Positions 1 to 10,431 of a DNA stretch of 64,000 nucleotides are shown here, piece after piece. Numbering within the stretch: position 1 is the first letter of the stretch; each line of letters opens with the position of its first letter. Below the pieces are notes generated by a model, which searched no databases, was not told the origin of the DNA, and saw only the letters and a program-made list of their open reading frames with translations. The DNA lies in contig OY970303.1 of NCBI GenBank assembly GCA_963716255.1, positions 5,760,001 through 5,824,000 of the forward strand, read 5' to 3'. The translations under genes and the position numbers were made by a program. The stretch is from an uncultured Gemmatimonadales bacterium (GTDB taxonomy: Bacteria; Gemmatimonadota; Gemmatimonadetes; Longimicrobiales; Longimicrobiaceae).

Positions 1-1
1 C

Positions 2-2053
2 GCCGAGATGCGCGCCGGGGCCCCCGAGGAAGAGATCGAGGAGGTGTGGGAGTTCGCCACCGACCTGTTCGATCCGGATACGGTGGAGCGGATGGTGGAC
101 GACTACCACCGCCTGCTCGCCGGCCTCCTCGCGGAGCCGGACCGCGACTTCCGCGCGGCGCCGCTGGACACGCCGGAGGAGCGGGCGCGGCTGCTCGGAG
201 AATGGTCGCGCGGCGCCGACCTGGCGCCGGGCGACCGGCCCGTGCACGCGCTGGTGGCGGACGCCGCGCGGCGCCGCCCCCACGCGCCGGCGGTGGTGGC
301 CGGCGGCGCGTCGCTCGGCCGGGGCGAGCTGGACCGCCGCTCCGCCGCGGTCGCCGGGCGGCTGCGCGGGATGGGGATCGGGCCGGAGTCGCGCGTGGGC
401 GTGCTCGCCGGGCGCACGCCGGAAGGGATCGTGGGGATGCTGGCGGTCCTCCGCGCCGGGGCCGCGTACGTCCCCCTCGACCCGGCGCTCCCCGCCGCGC
501 GCCTGGAGTTCATCGCCGCCGACGCCGGGGTGGCCGTGGTGCTCGCCACGGAGGCGCTCCGGGGCGCCGTCCCCGGGGGGCTCCGGGTGATCCCGCTGGA
601 GGGCGGGCCCGCGGACCCGGGCGGGACGGCCGGGAGCGCGGACGAGCCCGCGGTCCCGCCGGACGCCGTGGCGGTCGTGCTCTACACCTCGGGCTCCACC
701 GGGATGCCCAAGGGGGTGGAGCTCACCCACCGCGCCCTCCTGGACCTCGTCCGCTGGCACCTGGACGCGTTCGCAGTCGGCGAGGACGACCGGACCGCCC
801 AGCTCGCCGGACCGGGCTTCGACGCCTCCGTCTGGGAGACGCTGCCGTACCTGGCCGCGGGCGCCACGGTGCACCAGGTGGCCGACGAGGAGACGCGCAC
901 CTCGCCCGTGGCGCTGCAGGCGTTCCTGCTGGAGAACGCCGTCACCATGGCCTTCGCGACCACGGTGCTCGGCGAGGCGCTGGCGGAGCTGGAGTGGCCG
1001 GAGCGCGCCCCGCTGCGGGTGCTGCTCACCGGGGGCGAGACGCTGCGCTCCCGGCCGCGCGCGGGGCTCCCGTTCACCCTGGTCAACATCTACGGGCCCA
1101 CGGAAACGACGGTGGTCTCCACCATGAGCGTGGTGGCGCCGGGCGACGGCGGGGGGAGGCTTCCGCCCATCGGGCGGCCCGTCGCGAACGCGCGCACGTA
1201 CGTGGTGGAAGCGGCGATGGAGCCCGCTCCCCTGGGCGTTCCCGGCGAGCTGTGCGTGGGCGGCCCGGGGGTCGCGCGCGGCTACGGTGGCCGGCCCGGG
1301 CTGACGGCCGAGCGGTTCGTCCCCGACCCCTTCTCCGGCGAGCCCGGGGCGCGGATGTACCGCACCGGCGACCGCGTGCGCTGGCTCCCGTCGGGCGAGC
1401 TGGAGTTCCTGGGGCGGATCGACGAGCAGGTCAAGCTGCGCGGCTTCCGCATCGAGCCCGGCGAGGTGGAGGCCGTCCTCCGCGCGCACCCGGAGGTGCG
1501 CGACGCCGTCGTGCTGCTGCGCGCCGACGCCCCCGGCGGGCGCCAGCTTGTGGCCTACGCCGCCGGCGGGGCGGACGCGGCGGAGCTGCGCGCCTGGCTG
1601 CGCGAGCGGCTCCCCGAGTACATGGTCCCCGCCGCCTTCATCGCGGTGGACGACATCCCGCTCACCCCCAACGGCAAGGTCGACCGCCGGGCGCTCCCCG
1701 CGCCGGAGCCATCGCGGCAGGCGGCGGAGCACGTCGCTCCGCGGACGCCGGTGGAGGCGGAGGTCGCCGCCATCTGGACGGAGGTGTTGGGGGGGGAGCC
1801 CGTGGGCGTGCGCGACAATTTCTTCGAGCTGGGCGGGCACTCCCTGCGCGCCACGCAGGTGGTGTCCCGCGCGCGCGGCGCCTTCGGGGTGGAGCTGTCG
1901 CTGCGGGACCTGTTCGACGCCCCCACCGTGGCCGACTTCGCGGCTCGGATCGAGGCTCGCCGGCCGGCTCCGGCGGAGGAGATGGAGGACCGTCTGGAGT
2001 GGCTGGAGTCGCTCTCGGAGGAGGAAGCCCTCCGGCTGCTGGGTGAACTGTGA
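2..2053 (+). CDS. NRPS, 5'-truncated (end of C domain - A - PCP - acidic C-terminal docking helix)
   Basis: Frame is open to the window start. Motifs FATDLFD (C-domain end), YTSGSTGMPKG (A3), YGPTE (A5), YRTGD (A7), NGKVDR (A10), LGGHSL (PCP). Hand-read code ~DAWFLGIVVK (Leu-like). Confidence 0.95.
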   Translation, partial: AEMRAGAPEEEIEEVWEFATDLFDPDTVERMVDDYHRLLAGLLAEPDRDFRAAPLDTPEERARLLGEWSRGADLAPGDRPVHALVADAARRRPHAPAVVAGGASLGRGELDRRSAAVAGRLRGMGIGPESRVGVLAGRTPEGIVGMLAVLRAGAAYVPLDPALPAARLEFIAADAGVAVVLATEALRGAVPGGLRVIPLEGGPADPGGTAGSADEPAVPPDAVAVVLYTSGSTGMPKGVELTHRALLDLVRWHLDAFAVGEDDRTAQLAGPGFDASVWETLPYLAAGATVHQVADEETRTSPVALQAFLLENAVTMAFATTVLGEALAELEWPERAPLRVLLTGGETLRSRPRAGLPFTLVNIYGPTETTVVSTMSVVAPGDGGGRLPPIGRPVANARTYVVEAAMEPAPLGVPGELCVGGPGVARGYGGRPGLTAERFVPDPFSGEPGARMYRTGDRVRWLPSGELEFLGRIDEQVKLRGFRIEPGEVEAVLRAHPEVRDAVVLLRADAPGGRQLVAYAAGGADAAELRAWLRERLPEYMVPAAFIAVDDIPLTPNGKVDRRALPAPEPSRQAAEHVAPRTPVEAEVAAIWTEVLGGEPVGVRDNFFELGGHSLRATQVVSRARGAFGVELSLRDLFDAPTVADFAARIEARRPAPAEEMEDRLEWLESLSEEEALRLLGEL

Positions 2054-5000
2054 GCGCGAGGGAAAGCATGCCGAGCACGGCCGCGGGCGACGTCCACGCC
2101 GGCGGCGCCCCGCCGGAGGGGGAGAGCGGCGAGGTCGTCGTCTTCCCGCTCTCGTTCCCGCAGCAGCGGCTGTGGCTCCTCGACCAGGTGGAGCCGGGGA
2201 GCCCGGCGTACAACCTCCCCACCCCCCTGCGCATCCCCGGCCCGCTCGACCCCGCGGCGCTGGAGCGCGCCCTCGCGGAGATCGTATCGCGCCACGAGTC
2301 GCTCAGGACGCGCTTCGCCGTGGTGGACGGCGAGCCGGTGCAGCTCGTCGCCCCGCCGGGCCGCTTCGTCCTCCCCCTCTTCGACCTCGCCTCGCTCCCC
2401 GGCCCCGCGCTCGAAGCCGAGGCCCGGCGCCTCGCCGAGGAGGAGTGGCGCACCTCCTTTGACCTGGGCCGCGGGCCGCTCTTCCGCGCGCGGCTCATGC
2501 GCTTCGCCCCGGAGGAGCACCTGCTGCTCCTCACCCTGCACCACATCGTCAGCGACGGCTGGAGCGGCGGTGTGCTCCTGCGCGAGCTGTTCGCCCTGTA
2601 CCGCGCCTTCACGGCCGGGGAGCCGTCGCCGCTCCCCGAGCTCCCCATCCAGTACGGCGACTACGCCGTGTGGCAGCGCGAGGAGCTGGCCGGCGAAGCG
2701 CTGGACGAGCAGGTCGCCTTCTGGCGTGCCGAGCTGGAGGGGGCCCCGGCGGCCACGGAGCTTCCCCTGGACCATCCGCGCGGGGCGGCCCGCGGCGGGC
2801 GGGGCGGGAAGCACGTGCTCGCGATCCCGCCGGCGACGGCGCGGCGCCTCGCGGCGCTGGCCCGCGCCGAGGGCGCGACCCCGTTCATGGTGCTGCTCGC
2901 CGCGTGCGGTGCCTGGCTCGGCCGCTACGGCGATGCCGACGACGTGGTGGTCGGCACGCCCATCGCCGGGCGCACGCAGGAGGAGCTGGAGGGGCTGATC
3001 GGCTTCTTCGTCAACACGCTCGCGATCCGCGTCGACCTGGCCGGCGACCCCGCCTTCACGGAGCTGCTGGCGCGCGTGCGGGGGCGCCTCCTGGGGGCCT
3101 ACGCGCACCAGGACCTCCCGTTCGAGAAGGTGGTGGAGGAGCTGCGGGTCCCGCGCGACCCCGGGCGCACGCCCGTCTTCCAGGTGATGTTCGTGCACCA
3201 GGCGGCCCCGGAGGGGAAGGCGCGGGGGGCGGAGCCCGGTGGGCTCGCCTGGACCCAGGAGGCGGCGGGGACCGGCTCGGCCAAGTTCGACCTCACGCTC
3301 GCCTTCCTGGAGCACCCCGGCGGGCTCGCCGTCAGCCTCGACTACCACGCCGGCCTGTTCGACACGGCGACGGTGGATCGGATGGGACGGCACCTCCTCG
3401 CCCTGCTGGAGGCCGTTGCCGCCGACCCCGGCCTGCCCCTCTCCGCCCTCCTCCCGCTCCCGCCCGCCGAGGAGCGGAGCTTGCTCGCCGGGTGGAGCGG
3501 CACCCGCGCCGAGTACCCGGCCGCCCCGGTCCACCGGCTGATCGTCGAGCAGGCCCGGCGCACGCCGGGCGCGACGGCGGCGGTGTTCCCGGACGCGGAG
3601 GTCACCTACGCGGAGCTGGAGCAGCGCTCGGCGGCCGTCGCGCGGCTTCTGCGCGCGCGTGGCGTGGGGCCGGAATCGCGTGTGGCGCTCCTCGCGGGCC
3701 GCACGCCGGAGATGCTCGCCGGCGTGCTGGGGATCCTGCGCGCCGGCGGCGCCTACGTCCCGCTCGATCCCACGGCGCCCGCGGAGCGCATCGACTTCGT
3801 CCTGCGCGACAGCGGCGCCCGCATCCTCCTCGCCGAGCCGCGCCTGCTGGACTGCGCCGCCGGCTTCGACGGCGCCGTCCTGCCGCTGGGGGGCGACGCG
3901 CCTCCCCCGGAGGACGGCGCCGACGCGGATGCCGACGCCGAGGTGCCGCCCGATGCGCTCGCCTACGTCATCTACACGTCGGGCTCCACCGGCACCCCCA
4001 AGGGCGTCATGGTGCCTCACCGCGCCCTCGCCAACGTGGCGCACGCCGAGGTCGGGCTGCACGGCTTCGGGCCGTCCACCCGGCTGTTCAGCACGCTCCC
4101 GGTGAGCTTCGACGCCTCTGCCGGCGACATCTTTCCCGCGTTCCTCTGCGGCGGCGCCCTCGTCCTGCATCCCGCCCCGGGCGAGCTGTCCGCGGCGGAG
4201 ATGCTCGACTTCGTGCGGCGCCACGAGGCCGACGCCGCCGGGATCCCGGTGGCGCTCTGGAGCCACTGGCTGGAGCAGCTGGAGGCCTCGTGGGACGGCG
4301 AGCCGCTTCCGCTCCCCCGCGTGACCCGCGCGGGGGGCGAGAGCCTGCCGCTGGAGCGGGCGCGCGCGTGGAATCGGCTGGGTGGCGGGCGGTCGCGGCT
4401 GTTCAACCACTACGGTCCCACCGAGACGACGGTCATCGTCGCTGCGCACGAGGCGGATGCGGCGGAGCGGGAGACCGTATCCGGCTCCGTCCCCATCGGC
4501 CGGCCGCTTCCCAACACCCGGGCGTACGTCCTGGACCGGCTTTTCCGCCCCGCCCCGGCCGGCGCCGCCGGCGAGCTGTTCGTGGGCGGCGTGCAGGTCG
4601 CGCGCGGGTACCTGGGCCGGCCGGAGCTGACGGCCGAGCACTTCCTCCCCGACCCGTTCTCCGGCGAGGCGGGCGCGCGGATGTACCGCACCGGCGACCG
4701 CGCGCGCTGGCTCGCCGACGGCGCGCTGGAGTTCCTGGGGCGGACGGACGGGCAGGTGAAGATCCGCGGCTTCCGCGTGGAGCCGGCGGAGGTCGAGGCC
4801 GCGCTCCTGGCGCACCCGGGGGTGCGGGAAGCCGTGGTCGCGGTGGGGAAGGGGCCCGGCGGAGAGCCGCGCCTGGCCGGGTACTTCGTCGCCGCGGGGG
4901 CAGGCGTGGACGCGGCCGCCCTGCGCGAGCACCTGCGGGCGAGCCTCCCGGACTACATGATCCCCGCCGCGCTGGTGCGCCTCGACGAGCTCCCGATCAC

Positions 5001-6153
5001 CTCCAACGGCAAGGTGGACCGGCGCGCCCTTCCCGAGCCGCCCGACCCGGGCTCCAGCGCGTACGCCCCGCCGCGTACCGCCACGGAGGAAACGCTCGCG
5101 GCCCTCTGGGCGGAGGCGCTGGGCGTGCAGCGGGTGGGCGTCCACGACGACTTCTTCGAGCTGGGCGGCCACTCGCTTTCCGCGGCGCGCCTGGTCGCGC
5201 GCGTCCGGGAGCGGCTCGGGCGCGAGCTGTCGCTCGGGGAGCTTTTCCGCGGCGCAACCGTGGAGCGCGTCGCGCGCGTCCTCGGAGGCGAGGAGCCCGA
5301 GCCCTCCCCGCACCTGCTGCGGCTGCGGGACGGGGCGGGGGCGCCGTTCTTCTGCGTCCACGCCGCCGGGGGGATGGCGGTCGCCTACCTGCGCCTCGCG
5401 CGCCGCCTGGACGACCGGCCGCTCTACGGAGTGCAGGCGCGCGGGCTGGCTCCCGGCGAATCGCCGGGCGGCAGCGTGGAGGAGATGGCGGCCCGTTACC
5501 TCGACGCCGTCCGCGCCGTCCAGCCCCGCGGCCCGTACCTGCTGGGCGGGTGGTCCGTGGGCGGGACCGTCGCCTTCGAGATGGCGCAGCGGCTGCGCGC
5601 CGCCGGCGAGGAGGTGGCGCTCCTGGCCCTCCTCGACAGCTGGGCCCCCGTCGACGGAGCCCGTCCCCCCCTCCCCGACGACGCCGACCTCCTCGCCCTG
5701 CTGGCGGCCGACCTGGGCGTGCGCGCCGAGCAGGGAACGCTCGTCGCGCTCCACGACGAGCTCCGCGAGCTGCCGCACGACGCGCGGCTCGCCCGCTTCG
5801 AGGGCTGGATCCGGCGCCTGGAGCCGGACCTCCCCGACGTGGACGCCACGGGGCTGCGCCGCCGCCTGGACGTATACCGCGCCACCGTCCGCGCCGCCGC
5901 CGGCTACCGCCCCCGGCCGTACGACGGCCGCGTCACCCTCTTCCGCGCCAGCCGCAGCGCCGCCTGGCCGCCGGGCGACCTTTCGGCGGAGGCCTGGGAG
6001 CGGGACCCGCGCCTCCGCTGGCGCGAGCTGACCACCCGGCCGCTGGAAGTGCGCGAGGTCGCCGGCACCCACCACTCCATCGTCGTCGGTGCGGACGTGG
6101 ACGGGCTCGCCGACGCGCTGCGGAGCGTCCTCGCCGCTCCCGCCCGGCCCTGA
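2050..6153 (+). CDS. NRPS termination module C-A-PCP-TE
   Basis: [26 protein letters not shown], thioesterase GWSVG and C-terminal GTHHSI. GTG overlaps the upstream TGA; alternative ATG at 2068. Confidence 0.95.
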   Translation: MSARESMPSTAAGDVHAGGAPPEGESGEVVVFPLSFPQQRLWLLDQVEPGSPAYNLPTPLRIPGPLDPAALERALAEIVSRHESLRTRFAVVDGEPVQLVAPPGRFVLPLFDLASLPGPALEAEARRLAEEEWRTSFDLGRGPLFRARLMRFAPEEHLLLLTLHHIVSDGWSGGVLLRELFALYRAFTAGEPSPLPELPIQYGDYAVWQREELAGEALDEQVAFWRAELEGAPAATELPLDHPRGAARGGRGGKHVLAIPPATARRLAALARAEGATPFMVLLAACGAWLGRYGDADDVVVGTPIAGRTQEELEGLIGFFVNTLAIRVDLAGDPAFTELLARVRGRLLGAYAHQDLPFEKVVEELRVPRDPGRTPVFQVMFVHQAAPEGKARGAEPGGLAWTQEAAGTGSAKFDLTLAFLEHPGGLAVSLDYHAGLFDTATVDRMGRHLLALLEAVAADPGLPLSALLPLPPAEERSLLAGWSGTRAEYPAAPVHRLIVEQARRTPGATAAVFPDAEVTYAELEQRSAAVARLLRARGVGPESRVALLAGRTPEMLAGVLGILRAGGAYVPLDPTAPAERIDFVLRDSGARILLAEPRLLDCAAGFDGAVLPLGGDAPPPEDGADADADAEVPPDALAYVIYTSGSTGTPKGVMVPHRALANVAHAEVGLHGFGPSTRLFSTLPVSFDASAGDIFPAFLCGGALVLHPAPGELSAAEMLDFVRRHEADAAGIPVALWSHWLEQLEASWDGEPLPLPRVTRAGGESLPLERARAWNRLGGGRSRLFNHYGPTETTVIVAAHEADAAERETVSGSVPIGRPLPNTRAYVLDRLFRPAPAGAAGELFVGGVQVARGYLGRPELTAEHFLPDPFSGEAGARMYRTGDRARWLADGALEFLGRTDGQVKIRGFRVEPAEVEAALLAHPGVREAVVAVGKGPGGEPRLAGYFVAAGAGVDAAALREHLRASLPDYMIPAALVRLDELPITSNGKVDRRALPEPPDPGSSAYAPPRTATEETLAALWAEALGVQRVGVHDDFFELGGHSLSAARLVARVRERLGRELSLGELFRGATVERVARVLGGEEPEPSPHLLRLRDGAGAPFFCVHAAGGMAVAYLRLARRLDDRPLYGVQARGLAPGESPGGSVEEMAARYLDAVRAVQPRGPYLLGGWSVGGTVAFEMAQRLRAAGEEVALLALLDSWAPVDGARPPLPDDADLLALLAADLGVRAEQGTLVALHDELRELPHDARLARFEGWIRRLEPDLPDVDATGLRRRLDVYRATVRAAAGYRPRPYDGRVTLFRASRSAAWPPGDLSAEAWERDPRLRWRELTTRPLEVREVAGTHHSIVVGADVDGLADALRSVLAAPARP

Positions 6154-6211
6154 CTCCGCCCCGTCCCCTGGCCGGCACTCCGCCGGCCGGCCCACGCGCA
6201 GAGCGCCCGAG

Positions 6212-7588
6212 ATGCCGCGAATCGCAACGCCAACCGACTCGTCCCCGACGCCGGGGATGCGCACCTTCTTCCTGGTCTGGGCCGGGCAGCTCGTCTCGTC
6301 GCTCGGCTCCGCGCTCACCCGTTTCGGGCTGGGCGTGTGGGTGTTCGAGGAGACCGGCTCCGCCACCAGCTTCGCGCTGATCCTGTTCTTCGCGGTGCTC
6401 CCGGGGATCCTGCTTTCCCCGGTCGCCGGCGCCTACGTGGACCGGTGGGACCGGCGGCGGGTGATGATCGCCACGGACGCGGGCGCCGCCCTGGGGACGC
6501 TCGCCATCGCGCTGCTGCTCTTCGCCGGCCGCCTGGAGATGTGGCACATCTACGCGGTGGTCGCGGCGGGAGGGGCGCTCGGCGCCTTCCAGGGCCCCGC
6601 CCACGGGGCCACCACCTCGCTCCTGGTCCCCAAGGAACAGTTCGCGCGGGCCATCGGTCTGGTGCAGTTCGGGCAGGCGGGGGTGCGCATCGCCGCGCCG
6701 GTCGCGGCCGCGGCGCTGATGGGGACCATCGGCTTCCGCGGCATCCTGCTGATCGACTTCGCCACCTTTCTGTTCGCCGCGGGCACGCTGCTGCTCGTCG
6801 CCATCCCCAGCCCGGCGCGCGCCCCGGCCCGCGGGAAGAAGCCGCCGATCTGGCGCGAAGCCGCCTACGGCTGGCGCTACCTCCTGGAAAGGCGCGGACT
6901 CGCCGGCCTGGTGGCGGTCTTCGCCGTCGTCAACCTCGCCATGGCCATCGCCCAGGGCGTGTACCAGCCCATGGTCCTCAGCACGGCGTCGCGCACCGCG
7001 CTGGGGACGATCTCCTCCATCGGCGGGCTGGGGATGCTCACCGGGAGCCTGCTGCTGAGCGTGTGGGGCGGGCCCCGCCGCAAGATGCACGGCGTGCTGG
7101 GCGCGGCAGGGCTGGCCGGGCTCTTCCACGTCCTCTTCGGCATCCGCGCCGCGGAGCCGGTGTGGGCCGCGGCGCTCTTCGGCATCCTGTTCACCGTCCC
7201 CTTCGTGACCGGCTCCGTCACCGCCGTGATGATGCGCAAGGTCGCCCCCGAGGTGCAGGGCCGCGTCTTCGCGACCATCCAGATGGTGGCCATGTCCAGC
7301 GCGCCGATCGCGTACCTCGTCGCTGGCCCCCTCGCCGACCGCGTCTTCGAGCCGCTTCTCCGTCCCGGTGGAGCGCTGGCGGGGAGCGTCGGGAGCATCA
7401 TCGGCGTGGGACCGGGGCGGGGAATGGGGATGATGATGATCGTCGCGGGCGTGGTCATGGCGCTCGCCACCCTCGCGGGGATCCTTCACCCCCGCATCCG
7501 CAACCTGGAGGAGGAGCTCCCGGACGCCGTCGACGCCGCCGCCCCCGCTTCTCCTTCCGACGAGGAGGCGGCGCCGGCCGCAGACTGA
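6212..7588 (+). CDS. MFS transporter (macrolide/peptide efflux-like), probable product exporter
   Basis: About 12 hydrophobic segments; FFLVWAGQLVSSLGS start; motif A GAYVDRWDRRRVM; QGRVFA. Start placed at ATG 6212 after the TE gene. Confidence 0.9.
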   Translation: MPRIATPTDSSPTPGMRTFFLVWAGQLVSSLGSALTRFGLGVWVFEETGSATSFALILFFAVLPGILLSPVAGAYVDRWDRRRVMIATDAGAALGTLAIALLLFAGRLEMWHIYAVVAAGGALGAFQGPAHGATTSLLVPKEQFARAIGLVQFGQAGVRIAAPVAAAALMGTIGFRGILLIDFATFLFAAGTLLLVAIPSPARAPARGKKPPIWREAAYGWRYLLERRGLAGLVAVFAVVNLAMAIAQGVYQPMVLSTASRTALGTISSIGGLGMLTGSLLLSVWGGPRRKMHGVLGAAGLAGLFHVLFGIRAAEPVWAAALFGILFTVPFVTGSVTAVMMRKVAPEVQGRVFATIQMVAMSSAPIAYLVAGPLADRVFEPLLRPGGALAGSVGSIIGVGPGRGMGMMMIVAGVVMALATLAGILHPRIRNLEEELPDAVDAAAPASPSDEEAAPAAD

Positions 7589-7608
7589 CACGGACGTACG
7601 GAACGGTT

Positions 7609-7739
7609 CGGGCGTGCCCCCGGCTGGCGCCGGGGTCGGGCTTCGGCTCCGTAGGGCTGCAAACAACGCAGCCCAACGGAGTCGAGCCCGCGCAAACAGC
7701 CGCGCGGTCTCGCCCCTTCGGGCCGTAATCCCTCACGCG
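7609..7739 (-). repeat. Structured ~130-nt intergenic element, copy 1 (inverted)
   Basis: Reverse complement reads CGCGTGAGGGATTACGGCCCGAAGGGGCGAG...CTCGACTCCGT...ACGGAGCCGAAGCCCGACCCCGGCGCCAGCCGGGGGCACGCCCG, matching four + strand copies. Confidence 0.9.
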
Positions 7740-7820
7740 GGGCTCCGGCGCGGCGGCCGGGGCCGGCACGCGTACCTCGTACGCCACCGCCTGACACTGA
7801 CACCCGGCTGCACAACGAGA

Positions 7821-7853
7821 CGTGCCCCGCCCCTGCGAGAGGGACGGGGCACG
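7821..7853. terminator. Hairpin between convergent MFS and AraC genes
   Basis: CGTGCCCCGCCCCT-gcgag-AGGGACGGGGCACG, one mismatch. Confidence 0.5.
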
Positions 7854-7875
7854 CTTCGTCGTGGCAGGAAGCCGC

Positions 7876-8718
7876 TCAGGTCGCGCGGATCGCCTTCGCT
7901 TCGCGGGCTTCGCGCCCGCGGCGGCGCAGCTCGAACAGCTCGTTCACCATCATCCGCGACGCCGTCGCGAAGGCGCCCTGCTCGCGCAGCGCCGTGGGGG
8001 GGATTCCCAGGAAGTCCTGCATCGCGCGGCGCAGGCTGCTGTCGGACACGTACCCGCAGGCGTGCGCCACGCTGAGCACGGTGCGGCCCGGATCGTCCAG
8101 GAGGTCCGCCGCGAACAGGATGCGCATCCAGGCCATCACCCTGCGTGGCGGGGGAAGGTCCGTCCGCTCGCACCAGCGCAGCAGCGTCCGCTCCGAGAGG
8201 TGGAGCGAGCGCGCCAGGTCGCGCCCCTGACCGCCGGCCGCCGCGACCTCCGCGGCGGCCGCCAGGATGGAGCGGGCACGTCCGGACACGTACGGAGGCA
8301 GCGACCTGTCCAGCAGCCGCTGGATCGGGCTCCCGTACGCCGCCCGGAGCCGCTTCTCCACGGCCTCCGTGGTGTTCTCCTCCTCCATGTCGATGACTTC
8401 CGTCACGCCCCACTCGCCGAGGACGTGGAAGTCCCGGAAGCGGTCGGGGCGGAGCGACATGGCGGCGAGCACCGTCACCGAGGGGAACTCCCACAGGAGG
8501 CTGCGGAGCTTGGGCGACAGCTCCCGGCGGCTCGGCATCTCCATGTAAGGGTCCACCACCACGATGGCGGCGGGCGGGGCGTCGCGCACGGCGTCGCGCA
8601 GCGCGTCCCAGTTCGCCACCGACCAGCAGCGGAAGCGCGACGTCCCCACCTTGTGGACGCGGTCGCGAAACGCCTCGTCCGGGTGGAGAACCAGCAGGAC
8701 TCGGGATACGGATTGCAT
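7876..8718 (-). CDS. AraC/XylS-family transcriptional regulator (paralog 1)
   Basis: C-terminal double HTH: LARSLHLSERTLLRWC...TVLSVAHACGYVSDSSLRRAMQDFLGIPPTALR. Start chosen at ATG 8718 (MQSVSR). Confidence 0.88.
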   Translation of the reverse strand: MQSVSRVLLVLHPDEAFRDRVHKVGTSRFRCWSVANWDALRDAVRDAPPAAIVVVDPYMEMPSRRELSPKLRSLLWEFPSVTVLAAMSLRPDRFRDFHVLGEWGVTEVIDMEEENTTEAVEKRLRAAYGSPIQRLLDRSLPPYVSGRARSILAAAAEVAAAGGQGRDLARSLHLSERTLLRWCERTDLPPPRRVMAWMRILFAADLLDDPGRTVLSVAHACGYVSDSSLRRAMQDFLGIPPTALREQGAFATASRMMVNELFELRRRGREAREAKAIRAT

Positions 8719-8845
8719 GGCGTTGTCGGGATCTATCTGATTATTAGACGGACACGTGTTGGCTGAAGTGAAGAAACACACCAGATTGTATCTCAACTCC
8801 CGCCTGACAATTCACAGTGCCGTTCCCCCGCTTCAAGGATTCCAG

Positions 8846-9061
8846 ATGAGACTGGCCCGCCTGTCCTTCGCCGCAGTGACCCTGATTTCTCTCGTCGCGT
8901 GCAGCAACGACGCGACCGGACCTGTGGCACCGGTGCGCCCGGCAGGTCCGGTCCTCACTACCGGTACGATGGGATCCGGCATGAAGAGCAGCGCGGACTC
9001 TCTCATGGCCAGCACCAGCGGCGCTACGAGCGTCGTCCAGGGGACGATGAGCCCGATCTGA
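8846..9061 (+). CDS. Small 71-aa lipoprotein-like secreted peptide
   Basis: AAGGA RBS, then MRLARLSFAAVTLISLVAC (signal peptide with lipobox LVAC) and a low-complexity tail containing GTMGSG and GTMSPI. Confidence 0.65.
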   Translation: MRLARLSFAAVTLISLVACSNDATGPVAPVRPAGPVLTTGTMGSGMKSSADSLMASTSGATSVVQGTMSPI

Positions 9062-9067
9062 ACAAGC

Positions 9068-9134
9068 GCCGTCGTCCGGGACACCGGACGACGGCCTGAC
9101 GAAGTGGCCGCACGCTGAAGCGTGCGGCCACTTT
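9068..9134. terminator. Tandem hairpins, likely bidirectional terminator
   Basis: GCCGTCGTCCGG-gaca-CCGGACGACGGC (9068-9095) and AAGTGGCCGCACGC-tgaa-GCGTGCGGCCACTT (9102-9133), between convergent genes. Confidence 0.7.
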
Positions 9135-9138
9135 CGTT

Positions 9139-10431
9139 TCAGCGTGCGGCCACGCTCACCTGCAGGGACCTGGCGAAGCTGTCCGCGAGATCGTCGGCAT
9201 GGCCCACCATCCAGGGCTCCGCGGACTCCTTCTCGTTGGTGAGCACCGACTGGCCCTGCTCCACCTCGGCCAGGCGCGTCTCGGCCTGCTCCCTGACCTC
9301 GGCCTCTTCCCGCGCGTCCGCCAGCATGATCGCCTGCTTCGCGACGCTCGCGGCAAGCTCCCAGTCCTGCATCATGGCGGCACCGTCGGCCAGCGCCAGG
9401 TACACCTTGGCGGACCGGGTGCTCCCGGGGCCCGCGACCAGCTCCGACGCGGCCTTCCACGTCTCCTCGTACGTCTTGCGGTCGCCCAGCCCGGCCGCCG
9501 CGACCGACATGTGCGCCAGCACGAGCGCCTGGTCGACGGCCCGCTGGAAGTGCGGGCGAAGCGCGGCGAGAACCGTCAGCGCCGGCTCGTAGCAGCCCTG
9601 GTTGATCCAGAAGACCGTCACGTCGTGGCCGAGCGCGGGAAGGCGAGGATGCCCGGCGCCGTAGGCCTTGAGCGCCGCGCCCGCCAGTTCCTCGGCGTCG
9701 CGGAACTGCATACGCTTCAGCGCGACCACGAACAGGTCGTGGAGCGTCATCCCCTGGACGCCCCGCAGCCCCTTCCGTTTCGCCGCCCGGTAGGCCCTGA
9801 GAAGCGACTTGTGCGCGGCGGGGAAGTTGCCCCGCTGGATGTACAGGTTCCCGAGACCGCCGAACGCCAGCGCGTACGACTCCCAGTCGCCGCCCTGGCG
9901 GCCGAGCAGGATCGCGCGGCGGAACCAGGTCTCGGCGCGGGGATACTCGGCGCGCTGGCGGGCGATCCGGCCCACCGCGTACGAGATCCTGGCGTCGTTG
10001 GAGCCGGTCAGTGCGGCCGCCTGCGTGAAGGCGAGGGCCGTCGCGAGCGCTTCGTTCTTCTCGGCCCAGTCCGCGATCTTGAGGCACGCCGAGGAAACCC
10101 GGCGCCGGTCGGCACCGGCCGGGTCGGCGAGGAGCCGCGCGACCACGGCGAGCGGCGCCCGGAGTGCGTCGTCCACCTCGGCCGACAGCAGCTTCACGCG
10201 GCGGCGCTCCTCCGCGCCAGAGGCGAAGAGCCCCTTCCGGCGGGCCGGGTCCGTCGAACTCCAGAGGAGCACGTTGCGGAGCGACTGCCAGAGCAGGATC
10301 CCGAAGTCGCCCTCGAACTCCGTCAGGACGCTGGAGCCCTCGAACTTCTCGTCCCCGCGGGTAAGCGGGGGCGGAACCCGCACCGGGCGGGGAGCACGGC
10401 GGGAAACGGCTTTGGACTGGGTACTCTTCAT
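9139..10431 (-). CDS. Tetratricopeptide-repeat (TPR) protein, 430 aa
   Basis: Helical TPR-like repeats, e.g. ISYAVGRIARQRAEYPRAETWFRRAILL and ALAFGGLGNLYIQRGNFPAAHKSLLRAYR. RBS-like GAGGAG upstream on the minus strand. Confidence 0.75.
   Translation of the reverse strand: MKSTQSKAVSRRAPRPVRVPPPLTRGDEKFEGSSVLTEFEGDFGILLWQSLRNVLLWSSTDPARRKGLFASGAEERRRVKLLSAEVDDALRAPLAVVARLLADPAGADRRRVSSACLKIADWAEKNEALATALAFTQAAALTGSNDARISYAVGRIARQRAEYPRAETWFRRAILLGRQGGDWESYALAFGGLGNLYIQRGNFPAAHKSLLRAYRAAKRKGLRGVQGMTLHDLFVVALKRMQFRDAEELAGAALKAYGAGHPRLPALGHDVTVFWINQGCYEPALTVLAALRPHFQRAVDQALVLAHMSVAAAGLGDRKTYEETWKAASELVAGPGSTRSAKVYLALADGAAMMQDWELAASVAKQAIMLADAREEAEVREQAETRLAEVEQGQSVLTNEKESAEPWMVGHADDLADSFARSLQVSVAAR

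Noticed and set aside
7609..7739. 130-nt element as a tRNA, classical MITE, hammerhead ribozyme or group II intron fragment
   Set aside because: No T-loop or CCA end, no long terminal inverted repeats or target-site duplication seen, no CUGAUGA/GAAA core and no recognisable domain V.
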